Positions 26,659 through 38,649 of a stretch of 64,000 nt of DNA are shown one piece after another. The first letter of the stretch is position 1; the number at the start of each line of letters is the position of its first letter. Made by a program: the position numbers and the translations under genes. Origin of the DNA: Lingula anatina (lineage: Eukaryota > Animalia > Brachiopoda); the NCBI GenBank assembly GCA_051362555.1, contig CM120649.1, positions 9,920,001 to 9,984,000 on the forward strand. The letters run 5' to 3'. The notes under the pieces were generated by a model. The model saw only the letters and a program-made list of their open reading frames with translations, made no database searches and had not been told where the DNA came from.

Positions 26659-27308
26659 CAATGTCACAGGAATGAAAGACACAGCATTGTAAACTAACCA
26701 TAGGCATGTTTTAAAATATGTGAATCTTAAATTTTGGCTTTAAACACATGTTTACTTTTTTCCCCGGGGTGTGGGGGTGTGTGCAAATGTATTGTGTTAA
26801 TTTTGAGAAAAAAAAACATCAACCCAAAATAAGTTTTATTGCAGCATTGGTTTGGCGTTTTGGGTGGAATAGTGTTATAAAAATGGCAATATAACACAGA
26901 TGAATGATATGTGTGTTTGCATGTCTTGTCAATAAGTGATAGGCAAATAATCTTTTAAGGGACTGTTGGTATTGACCATTACGGAATTGTTTTTGTTAAC
27001 CCACTGGATTTGTCAACAAAACTTTGGTTTTTAGTCTGGTTAGGGAAACCAATCTTAATGCTCTTGAGGATATGGCAGCATGTGTGTTTTGTTATCATAC
27101 CTTTATTTTCCATTTGTGTATTGCAAATTTAAACATGGGGAAAACTTTGGAGGTACTGAAGGTCCGGAGGACCTGCACTTTATGTACCAGAAATCTACAG
27201 GTCCTAATTCTGTGGAGGTCCGTCACTCGCTGCTTAAATATGATTCATTTCTCTCTCTCTCTCTCTCTTTCTCTCTCTCCTTTCTGCGATGTTTACATGA
27301 TTCATTGC

Positions 27309-27350
<42 letters not shown>

Positions 27351-28122
27351 CTGCAAATGCATCACTTCTAAGTTTATGCCTTTAAAAAGAAATTACAGTT
27401 GTTCCACAAAAATAAAAAATATATAGTAAACACTCAATCTTTTTGATGGGCAAAAATTATCAAACATTCAGATACATCATTTCACAAATACAATATTTAT
27501 TCTTTATAGCATGTGTGGTGCTTTTACTGCATAGAATATAACTATATAGTAGTATGTTTATACTTTTGTTAGTACTATCCCATAGAAATGATCTGATTTT
27601 TAGAAATTATGACTTTGAAAATACTGGATACAATATTTGTAAAAATCACAACTTTTTCATATTGAAAAGATAAAGTAATTGTAATTACTGTATAATGGGA
27701 AGATGTAGATCATCTGTAAAACTTTTTAAATTTATAATTATTGTACATTAAATGAAACAGGACCTTCAATGATTAGGGCATGATAGTGGGTACACCACAA
27801 TTTGTGGTGCCCTGACTTGCATGTGTTTTCTAACATTTTCAAGCCTTGATTCAAATTGGGTTTTTAATTAATGATGGGTGTGCAACTTTGCCCAAAGTTC
27901 AATTCCAGATAAACTTTGTTTATCAATACTGTCATGAATTAAGTATAAATAGTGCAGTTTAAGGTAAAGATTGATTGTAAATGGTGCTGTTTAAGTTTAC
28001 CTATTACAAATATTGCAATTTATTATTATTAATTTCAGTGTGTATGTGTGTGAGCGTGCAATAAATGTAGTTAGAAATTTTTTTAGAGATATTCTATTGA
28101 AAATTCTGTTAATTTCTTCTAG

Positions 28123-28280
28123 GCTTGAATAGAATGAATAGAACCAGGATTATTCCTTTTGTTGTGCCTTGACCTGCAATTATCATAACAAAAGCACCCA
28201 TCATTGCCAAATGCTGTGTGGCACTGACCCCCATCACAACCTCTGCAATACTTCTAAGGGATAAAAAAATATGTTCTTGA
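28123..28280 (+). pseudogene. Putative exon 2 of unit A with in-frame TGA at 28170-28172
   Basis: ttcttctag|GCTTG, reading GLNRMNRTRIIPFVVP*PAIIITKAPIIAKCCVALTPITTSAILLRDKKICS*; homologous to 11325-11488. Confidence 0.35.
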
Positions 28281-28350
28281 GCTGTGCTCTTGCTAATATT
28301 AATAGTTATCAAAAATAAAACAAGTTTATTCAAATGGAAATATCGATTGT

Positions 28351-28565
28351 CAGGGTGTAAGTCACATCTTGGTCCTTGTAGCTGTTGACTCTCAGGGTGC
28401 AAGTCTTGGTCATTTTAGCTGTTGACTCACAGGGTGCAAGTCTTGGTCCTTGTAGCTGTTGACTCACAGGATGCAAGTCTTGGTCTTTGTAGCTGTTCAT
28501 TCTCAGGGTGCAAGTCCTGGTCCTTGTACCTGTTGATTTTCAGGATGCAAGTTTTGGTCCTTGTA
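28351..28565. repeat. 37-bp tandem repeat, ~6 copies
   Basis: cagggtgcaagtcttggtccttgtagctgttgactc(t/a) starting at 28393, 28430, 28467, 28504 and 28541. Confidence 0.9.
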
Positions 28566-29055
28566 ATATATCTGGGCCTCTCACATGCCTCCCCATGCAT
28601 CTGGTCGAATGGAGCCAAGATTCAATTATGATTTTATACATTTATGAAACATGCACATGCATGCACACACACACTAACATGTACACGTACATATATACAG
28701 GTAAACAATGTTGTTCAAGCAAGCTGGTCTTTAAAAAACTAAATCTGGTCTCCATGAAAATAATTAAATTTTTAATGAATAGTCTTTGAATGAGTTTTCA
28801 CTCGTGCAGTTCAGTATTTTTGCCCAAATCCTATTTGTACACAGTTTCTATTCCATATTTTTGTCTTCAGGCGACATAAAATCTATCAATTTAACAGGCA
28901 TTCATTTAACACACTTTAAAAATTTACCCACACAATAAGCAGACTCTCTTGCACAATCACTGAGTTAATTCACTGTTAAGTTATCTATTTTTATTGCATG
29001 TATATCTTTGAATATGTGATATCCTTATTGAGGACAAGTATGTTTTTTTCTTCAG

Positions 29056-29900
29056 TTATGTTAAACACACAACAGCAGTGACAGCAGACATGAAGGAGAG
29101 AGGTTAAGACAGCAGGGGCAATAGAATAGGGATCTATTTATTACACTGATGGAATGTGACTGTGAATGTACATGCACATGCACACACACACACACATGCA
29201 TACACACTCCTTATGATGTGCCAACACAGTTTGTGCTTTTTGCAAGCTTAAAATGATACTTGGCAAATTTGTTAACTCTAAACAATGGTAAATATTTTGA
29301 TGCAGTTTCATACATGAAATAAGATGTACTGACTGCTTATTGAAGGTTATTTATTATTGCACATTAGTAAGTAATACTGTGTCATATATTTCAGCTCCCA
29401 AGGACTGCTGCCAATCAAGGTGGAGGAGGAGGATGTTAAATCTTTTCACATCTTGCTTCAGATGCAGGCCAAGAACATAAATGGTTATTATTATTATCAT
29501 TCATTATTAAATCTAATCATTTCAGACACTTAGAAATGAAAATAATTACAGTATTTATAAAAGAACAGATTCATTATAAGGTCACAAGAAAGTTCTTTTC
29601 TTGTTTCCTTGCTGTAATGACATAACAAAGTTAACTTAAAAGAGTTTTGGAGGAAAACTTAGTCAAACAGCTGGTAAAACTGTACATGAAAGCAGTAATT
29701 ATATGATAGCAGCCAGGAGCTGGTGGTTGTAGAGTTACTGTCAACATCTTTTTACAGCTAATACATTTGCACTGAATTATATTTTAATATTTTCATCTTT
29801 CATTTTTCAGGGTCGTCAGTGCACATCTATTATTAGCTCTGTGGCAGCCAGTTTGAACACTTCAGAATATCGTTTTCCTTTATTTTACTGGTACAATAAA
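29056..29900 (+). other. Three candidate downstream exons (29056-29102, 29395-29483, 29811-~29920) ending at AATAAA 29895
   Basis: Polypyrimidine-cag acceptors (ttttcttcag, atatttcag, catttttcag), GT donors after the first two, and a polyA signal after the last. Confidence 0.35.
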
Positions 29901-31037
29901 AAAATTGATTATATGTTATTAAATGGGTTTTGTCTTTCTTTCTTTCTTTTCTAAATAAAAGAAAAAATTTGCTAAAAGGTGATTTTAATATTTATAAGTA
30001 GCCAGCAATGTTGATGGGCGGGATGCTGAAGGGGGGTTGTCCTAATACCGAACAGTAATATGGTACCATAATAGGTTTTGGGCCCTTTCCATCAAAAAGG
30101 GCAATTTTTTTCAAGCCCAAATCCTCGAATATGGGCCTAAACAAATAATTTGGCCTGTACACCATGAATGGATTTTGATTATACCCCCCCTGTAGTTCAA
30201 AAACTTTGACTTTCATCCAAACTTTTTTCATGTATAACTATATCCCTATGTGACTTTCAAATTATCTTTTTATTTTTACAAACAAAGTAGATAATTTTTT
30301 TCATGGGGTTTTAATTTAAAATCTCTATATCACTCGACTTAAAAGGAAATGACCACTTATGTCACTCTCTGCTTTTACTGAAACAAAAATGAACCCAACA
30401 CTTGGTTATTGTCATGGCAGGAAGTTTTATTACAATAAGTGTGCTAGATGTTAAAAGCGCTGAAGACTGACAAAAATGTCTATACATTATTATGTACCCC
30501 TTTAATGCACTCATGAAACATGCACATACACATACTAGCTAATACATACCTTTACTTGAAAAGATAATGCTGCAGTAAATTAGGGACCACAGTTGTAGAT
30601 GTCTTAGTTTAAACACACTGAACAATTTGGAGAAGAATAAATACACGCCAGGTCCATACAATGTAAATTGGCTAGTACAAGTGTAATCTTTAAAAAATGT
30701 AACTAAATCAAAGTCATGGTTGCTTTATACATAAAAGAAAATAACTTTATAAAAGAAGATTCAAAGAGAAAAAAATATTCAGAAAAACGGCTTAACTAAT
30801 AAAAGCACATCCCAATTCCACTTTCAACTATAATAATTTTGAACACAAATCTGTCACTCAAGAGCACCATCTCACACTATCTGTTATCAGTAACAGGTAA
30901 ACAATTCAGAGAAAACCACCAGAGAATAAAAAATGGACACCCAGGAGTCCCTCCTTCCACAAGGCAGAGATTTAAGATTGTACAACCTTTGACACAAAGC
31001 CCAATACACAAGTTGTGCAACAGTTAAGGAAAGAGAA

Positions 31038-31302
31038 ACTAGAAAAGCACTCCAAGAATGCAGACCTCCACCAAGGCAGCAAAGTCTCAACCCAATGCTG
31101 TTTCACCCCTAAATTTTCGATATTTTTGATTATTGATTGATTATTGATCCAGATCACCACCAAAAACTATTCATCTGTTCCTTGGCCCCTTCTGACACTT
31201 CCTGAAAATTTCATGAAAATCGGTCCATAACTTTTGGAGTTATGTTGAAGACAGACAGACAAACAAACAGGGGTGAAAACATAACCTCCTTGGTGGAGGT
31301 AA
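31038..31302 (+). mobile_element. Complete short Helentron/HINE-like element
   Basis: ACTAGAAAAGCAC head; subTIR acctccaccaagg (31064-31076) vs ccttggtggaggt (31288-31300); (GACA/AACA)n tract; terminal hairpin. The same head recurs at 41091. Confidence 0.8.
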
Positions 31303-31911
31303 TTATTCCCAAAGTCTGATATGATAAACACAGAATTTTTTAAAAATATTGCTGGAATTGGGACAGTATTGTTCAATATGAAATTTACTAACAGCAGAGT
31401 AATAGACTGTAGAGAAAGGCATACTTGGAAGAAAAGATGTCCCACACAAGCCCATCATTATATACCTTACTAGTCATATCATTTGTGTTACATGGAACCA
31501 GTCTGGAAAAGAAATGATAATACCAATATAATAAATTCAATTTCAATTTATTTCAATTCAATTTATTTCTGTACAGGTACACAGATTGCTATGACCTTGT
31601 ACAATATGATATACTAATGACGATACAATACAATTAGTGCATGAAATAAATGAAAATTTATTTTCAGATAATCTGACAGCTGGAGGTGTTTGGTATGGGG
31701 ACTGTCCTAGGAGGTTGGGACACCCATCATGGTGCACGTGTCAACCTTGCAAGACACAATGATTTGGGTGTCCCTTCTCTGAGGGCAAAGATGCTCTTGC
31801 CCACAGCTTCCATCACAGAGTGAAAATTTGCAAAGTCACAAATAGTATAACCTTTTTTTTTTTAATATCAAAATGAGAAAATGATCCAAGATGAAAATAA
31901 CTTGCTTTTAA

Positions 31912-32891
31912 AGACAGTCTCAGTGGGTTAGATTAATGTATAGAAGCAGGTTCTATGTAAAACTTTGGTCAGATTTGTGTTTTGTGAGATTGTTTATTAT
32001 TATTATATTAATAAGTCTGGGTCACAAAAGTTCTGTTTAGACAACTAGAATAAAAAATTAGAAAACGAAAACTATTTATCATGATTTCGGAGCACAGCCG
32101 GAAGTACCTCCGGCTCAAGGTCACGACCTCGATTTTCCCACGCTTACGACCAATCACAGCAGGCTTCAGTCAGAATGAGACAGACGTCACGACTACAGAG
32201 CGAAACTTGTCAGACATGTAAATGCCGCCTGTCCACCTTTTCGGTACATGTACCGATCAAAAACAGAAAACGTAAAGCCCAAAACGCTCTTATACACGTA
32301 ACCAACTTTGTATGAGCACAAATATTGTCATTTATTGTGAACAGGATAATATGATAATGAGACACACTTGAGACCTGTGAAGCGCATACTCACTTGTCGA
32401 GGAGTAGTTTCGCCATTGCCTCCTAACTCAGCTTTAAGTGTCCTCCACCGCCCCACCTCCCTCCCAACATACACAGTCTGAGTGCTTCTTCGTCTGTCTC
32501 TAATTTTCTTTCGTATCTTTCGAACTGGAGTGGCTATTTTCTTTCGTCCCCTTTTGTCGCTCTCCTCTTCAGACTTGACGCGCGTCTCCATGTTTGCTGT
32601 TTTGGCGCCAAATAGTAACATCCGGGTCTCAGCCGTAGTACTTCATTCATAGTAAACCGCGAGACTTAGCGAGAAATTGCGCGTTCTGAAGCCGTACTGT
32701 GAGGTGGTAGCTGAGTATTTAAGACGAGTCGTCTTTTATTATTTAATGGAACTTAAAAACGGTATTAGGTAGCTTCATTTTCTGAACGGTTTTGGATAGG
32801 ATATACCTTGGTCATTATAGGGAAATTGGTGAGATTTTCAGGAAAATTCATTTTCGTGCTATTTTAAGGGTTTAACGCGCTGAGACTGTCT
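31912..32891 (-). mobile_element. Kolobok-like non-autonomous element (980 bp)
   Basis: TTAA TSD on both sides; 19-bp TIR AGACAGTCTCAGTGGGTTA vs TAACGCGCTGAGACTGTCT (17/19 match). Confidence 0.85.
32394..32591 (-). pseudogene. First coding exon carried by the Kolobok-like element, apparently frameshifted
   Basis: aaacATG...CGACAA|gtgagt, reading METRVK...RDRRRSTQTVYVGREVGRWRTLKAELG and then EAMAKLLLD in a shifted frame. Confidence 0.6.
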
Positions 32892-33706
32892 TTAAACTGA
32901 AAAAGAAAATGAAAGTTCCACATGTTTAGGTATTTTTATACCTTTATCCATGCTTCACAGAATATACCTTCCAGCTCTCCAGCCAGATATTCTCCTGCCC
33001 AAGGATTCCACCTTTGAGTGGAGCTTTAGTTAAAGACATGAAAATATGGTAGATTTTATTCAATCCTAAAAGATGGGTAATCAAGGGTTACTTTACATTC
33101 CATATTTTATTTTGAACAGCCAAGGCAACTGTTAGAGTAAAATAACTTTTTAAAGGCTAAAGTGGTGGGCAGGGGAACTACCCTTGGGGGGAAAGGACAC
33201 CCAGCATGGTGTCAATTTGCCAAAATACACCAATATGGGTGGATCAACTTTTTAAAAGAAGATATTCACATGCTTTTGTTCAATTAATACATGTATAACC
33301 CCAGCATATGCATCTACCAGGTATGATGTAAATGAATGCAAGTGTTCAATTCCTAACCAATCTGTATTAAGATTGTAATATGACTGTCAGACTAATACAA
33401 AAATAAGAAATTCGACATCAGCTTTTATCTCTTCAAGCCCTCAAATGATAAAATTGATAATTAAAAGTTAACAATTAGGTTTGACTACATGTACAAGATA
33501 AAAGGTCAGAAAGGGCTGAAAAATAAAGTGACTGGAAGGGGTCAGGAACATCATGTAACTTACTCTCTGACATGAAGACTTCATGAGCTGTTTCCCTATT
33601 TCAGAAAAACCAGGCAAAGTTATATAACTTATAACCTATAGGCTTCACAGCACATTGCAAGAGGTGATAATTTTGAAAAGTTTCCACCATGAGAGGTTAA
33701 CAAGCA

Positions 33707-33756
<50 letters not shown>

Positions 33757-34259
33757 ATGAGAAAAAAAACTGGGAAGGCACATCAAAGATCATGGAGCCA
33801 GACACGACAGTACTGGTACTGCTGAGAAACACCAAAGAAAAAAGTTTTTGTGAAAAATCTTTCAGGCCACTTTATACCACATTTACAGAGACAGAAGAAA
33901 AACTTTCCAGTGCTACTTGTATAAAGAAAAATAAATGACAAAAATCACATTAAAAAAATACTTGTCATCTATAAGACATTAAATCCAAACATGAAGAATC
34001 AAGTCCAAAAATGATTTTAATAAATTAAAATGCACTTTTGAAGACCACAAGCTAATTAATGGTGATGCTTGCTATATGGAGCTACATGTATAAGCCTTAT
34101 AAATGAAATGGGCAAAGTAAATAGAATTTGAGTATCTTAAATAGAGATTAATAAATATAATTTTTAAAGAGGCAAAAAGGTAGACAAGTTTTAAAATTCC
34201 TGATACTCACATTTAAATTTAATGAGCAATTCCCATTAATTGTTATGTAAATCCAATAA

Positions 34260-36720
34260 AAATGCATGTTTGAGTGGACCCCCTCTCAAAAACAAGCTGA
34301 ACATGGTGTATATATAAACAAAGGTCACAAGGCAACAAGATAACCACAAATTTAAACTCCACAATGAAACAACTTGGATAAAAGGTCACAACCAACATCT
34401 CACACAACTCTGTCAGCTTCTTAGATGTGACCTTTAACCTAAAAGACAGATCTTTTGGACTAATGCAGTAATACTGTATTTTCACTGCAAATCTAACCAC
34501 TCAGAAAGTGCCATCAATGCTATATCGAACCCAATAAACATGAGGCTGTCCACAATTTCCAGGAATGAAAACATGTTCAAAACATCAAAGAGCGAGTACT
34601 AAGATACACTTGAGTCAGCTAGTTTCAACCACAAACTTCATTAAAAACTTTCAACCACCAATTTCATTATAAAAACTTTCCAAAGTTATAGTTCAATCTG
34701 CCATTCAGTAGAAAATGTACAGACCAATGTTAGTAAAGTCTTTTTACAGCTTATTAAATATCATTTCCCAACAGGTTCCTTGTTGCATAGGATTTTAAAC
34801 AAAAATAATATTATAGCTGTATGGACAATATTGCCCAAATCATTAAAGCTAAGAACAACAGTGTAATCAATAACAGCAGGACTGTTGACAATGTGTCAGA
34901 AGTAAAAACTTGCAACTGTAGAATAAAAAGTGAATGCTCAATGAATGGCAAATGTCTAGAAAAAATGTAATTTATATAAGGTAACAATGAGAACAGAAAA
35001 TGAAACAAAAGAATACACTGACATTTTTTAGCATGAATTCAAGTATAGATATAATAACCAACAGACCTCTTTCAATTGCCTAGCTACATGCCATCAAACC
35101 TCATTAAGCAACTACACACACTGGACAATAGAAGTGTCACCCCTACTGAACCAATACTTTGGGGGATATAAATGACTGTGGAATGATATGCTCCTGGTAT
35201 CATTTTATTAACATTAAATTTCACAAAAAAAACACAAAATGAGAACAAAATATACATTTATCAAGATATGCAGTTTCAAGTCCAAAATTAGCAACATGAC
35301 CTAATAATAGCTGCCAGTCTGCGAGGCAAGGATTCATATAATTGTCTGATGCATTCAGGGCTTATGCCGGCCCAAGCATGAAACACTGAATCTAACAGAG
35401 TTTGTCTGCTGGTTGGACGGGCATTTGTCAAAAGTTTTGACATATCATTCCACACATTTTCCATTATGTTTGCATCCGGACTTTGGGCAGGTCACATCAC
35501 CCTGCGAATGTCCTGTTGGTCAAACCAATCATCAACTGCTCTGGGTCTGTGACAAGGAGCATTGTCATCCTGGTGAACAAATGGATAATTCCTGTCACCA
35601 AACTTGTTAGTAATAGATGGTAGCAAACCTGACTCCAAAACATCGATATATTTCTAGTGATTCATGTTTCCATTAACCACTAACAATTCACCCACGCCAT
35701 GGATGCTTATGCAGCCCCACACCATCATGGAATTCAGTGCATGTAGTTCAAACGCTTTACCAGCAGTTCGCCAGCATCGGACCCATCTGTCATCAGAGGT
35801 CAGACCAAAGCGACACTCATCAGAAAAACTATATAGGACCAATTGTCATGGACTGTCCAGTTCCAGATCCTGTTTGCCCTAGTTCACTCTGTTTTGTAAC
35901 GATATAAGAGGTTTCAGTCTTGCTACCCTGCTGTAAACTCCCTGAGCATGTAACCGACGCCTAGCAGTTTTCACAGACAGATTCTTATGTGTGAAATTGT
36001 TCCACTGTATTGTCAACTGACAAGCAATGTAGAACCTTGACAACCTGGACATCAATATCAGTTGTCTGTCTTCATAGTCAGTAGTTTTTCTTGGACGACC
36101 CATCAGAGGAAATTTGTCTCTTAATCTAGTGTTTCTATATCGAGAACAGACCCTCTACACGATTCTGACTGAACAATTCAACTGTATCGATATTCTGACA
36201 TTGCTTATATTCCACCTCTTCAGGTTAATAACTTGACATCTATAATCATTATATAATTGCATGTATCTTGTCATATTGGAGGAAGACAGGAATAACATTT
36301 GCTGTACATGTACAAGACCAACAATACAATTCCATGGTACAGCGGTTTTATACTCAATAGTCACATTATAAGTAGACCAGGGCTCCATATCTCGAAAGGT
36401 TCGCTATGTTGCACTCACCCATACTCATCCCATATAATACATTGTAGTCTCTATTTGATATAGCGATTCGCAATACACGATGCTTTCAAGATAGGGGGCC
36501 CAGGCATTATAACTACTCAAGATCTGCCTACTTTGATTATTCTGATTTAGGGGGTGACACTTCTATTGTCCAGTGTGTGTATATTTGGACTCTTAAGGAC
36601 AAAAAATAAAATAATAATAACAATAATAATAACAATAATTATTATTAATTATTATTATGGACTGAAATGGACAATATTAAGGAAAGCACAACCATATTCA
36701 AATATAACCCAAAACAGAAG
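34260..36720 (+). mobile_element. Penelope-like retroelement fragment (RT C-terminus plus GIY-YIG region), interrupted by Tc1
   Basis: Frames read 'SFLDVTFNL', 'KSNHSESAINAI', 'YSCMDNIAQIIK', 'CNCRIKSECSMNGKCL', 'FKYRYNN', and 'TSLSNY|IWTLK...LKWTILRKAQPY' across the Tc1 insertion site. Confidence 0.85.
35115..36579 (-). mobile_element. Tc1 (DD34E-type) transposon, 1465 bp, transposase pseudogene ~36274-35285
   Basis: TIR CACACACTGGACAATAGAAGTGTCACCCC with TA TSD. Motifs 'GRPRKTT', 'FSDECRF', 'MVWGCIS', 'QDDNAPCH' and 'PAQSPDANIMENVW'; several stops. Confidence 0.92.
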
Positions 36721-36744
36721 TCATGAACAAATGCAAACATTTTA

Positions 36745-38297
36745 GAAAAGCTGACAAATATACAGACACCAAACAGGAAACAAGGTGGCAAAGGTGAGAA
36801 ATGTTCAGACATTCAGACGCAAAAAAAAGAGTGCACCAAATAATGTTTTGGTCAATTTTGATGCACTATTACATAATGCTTCAAAACAGCATAATCACTC
36901 TTACCCTCTTACATTATGAACTAAAAGTAACATGCATACTGAAAAACTAGCAAGTAATTCAGTTTCATGGTCTATAAAAGACACTGAAAATGCTAATGTG
37001 TGAAAAATAAAATATTCAAACAAAAATTACATGTCCAGTATATGACTTCCTATTCAAGTTCAAAAGTAACTATGGGTGTATATCTGCCAGTCTTGGAGAT
37101 AAAAGGGATAGAAAAATTGCAAAGTTCAGTGCATGGTAAAAAATAGGTCAAAGTTCAATTTCAAGGTCACAGTTAGATTGCCAGTATGTGACTTCCTATT
37201 CAAGTTCAACAGTAACTATGGGTGTATCTCTGCTAGTTTTGGTGATATAAGGGATGAAAAAATTGTGAGGTTCAGTTCATGGTGAGAAGTAGGTCAAAGG
37301 TCAATTTCAAGGTCACAGTTAGAGTGCCAGTATATGACTTCCTATTCAAGTTCAATAGTAACTATGGGTTTATCTCTGCTAGTTTTGGAGATAAAAGGGA
37401 TGGAAAAATTGCAAAGTTCAGTTCATGGTGAAAAGTAGGTCAAAGGTCAATTTCGAGGTCACAGTTAGATTGCCAGTATATGACTTCCTATTCAAGTTCA
37501 ATAGTAACTGTGTGTGTATCTCAGCTACTTTTGGAGTATTTCACATTTTATTTTCATCACTGAATATTGCTCAGTTGTGCTTTTTCATGTAGCGCAACTC
37601 CTTGACTGTATTGCAAACAAAAAAACAGACACCACCTTCAGTATTGCGCTTGACAAGCTCTACTTACTGCTAAAAAAAAGAGGTCTCTAGCATTTACGGT
37701 TCCAGAATTAGGGAAAGTTTTCAGTTTCGGCATCTTATGGCCGTTTCTCCCATGAAAATGCACCGATTGACCCCAATCTCCCAAAGATGAAAGGAGTCTT
37801 TAATTGCATCCCCTCACTGTAATATGACTGCTAAACTCTGAAATTCAGCACAAATAAAAGTTTTTTTGCAAAAAATTCCCATTTTTAGAAACTTTTGGCC
37901 TGTTTGACCTTGAAAAAAAGGTCAAATCCGAAGGCATATTTGAAATCTTTCAGTCACACTTCTATACTAATTTTCCCATAATTCCTTCCATTTGGGAGAT
38001 ATATAGCATTGAATTTTTAAAAAATTTGACAAGGGTGCATTTCAACGAGTGTCACTCCAAGGCGAATACACCGACTGAGACAAAAAAACCAGGGGGTTCA
38101 AGTTTATATATATGTGACCTAAATCCAAGAGATGGGGACACAGGTCTGTGCGTTCTAGGAGGAAAAGCGGTAACGGTGACTTGTATTCCACGCCACCCTG
38201 CGGAGCCGGCGGAGCTCACGGAGCCGGCGGAGCCATACAATACCGGTCGGGACTAAAACCATGAGTACCGCCAGCGTACACACTGGTGATACTAATA
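36745..38297 (+). mobile_element. Helentron/HINE-like element containing a 146-bp tandem repeat (37035-37530)
   Basis: t(a/g)tgacttcctattcaagttca at 37041, 37187, 37333 and 37479; terminal hairpin agtaccgccag...ctggtgatact. The tail 37540-38295 matches 45310-46118. Confidence 0.75.
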
Positions 38298-38649
38298 AAA
38301 CAGAACAATTAGCGTAAGTGTAAACTAATCAGGCCAATTTTCGAAAGCATCCTGCCTCTTTACCAAACAAAGCTACTCAGTAAACTTAATGTAAAACAAA
38401 AATAAGGTTTGGCAGTTACGGGGTGAACATCACCAAAAGAAGTGCAAAAAAACAGAATAATTACCGTAAATGCAAATTGATTATGCCAATTTTCAAAAGT
38501 AACCTGTTTCTTTGCAAACAAATCCAGTCAGTAAATTTGAAGTAAAACAAATAATATGGAAGAAGCTAATGTCCGTAGGGAAGTAAGAAAATTGGATTCT
38601 TGAAAATTGCTGCATAAATCTTGTTGTTTGTCTGTTACATGTGAAGTTC

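Noticed and set aside
26880-27080. Intronic snoRNA in the block conserved between units A and B
   Set aside because: I could not find C/D or H/ACA boxes conserved in both copies.
28170-28172. Selenocysteine codon
   Set aside because: The paralog has Trp (TGG), not Cys, at this position and I could not identify a SECIS by eye; a nonsense transition is simpler.
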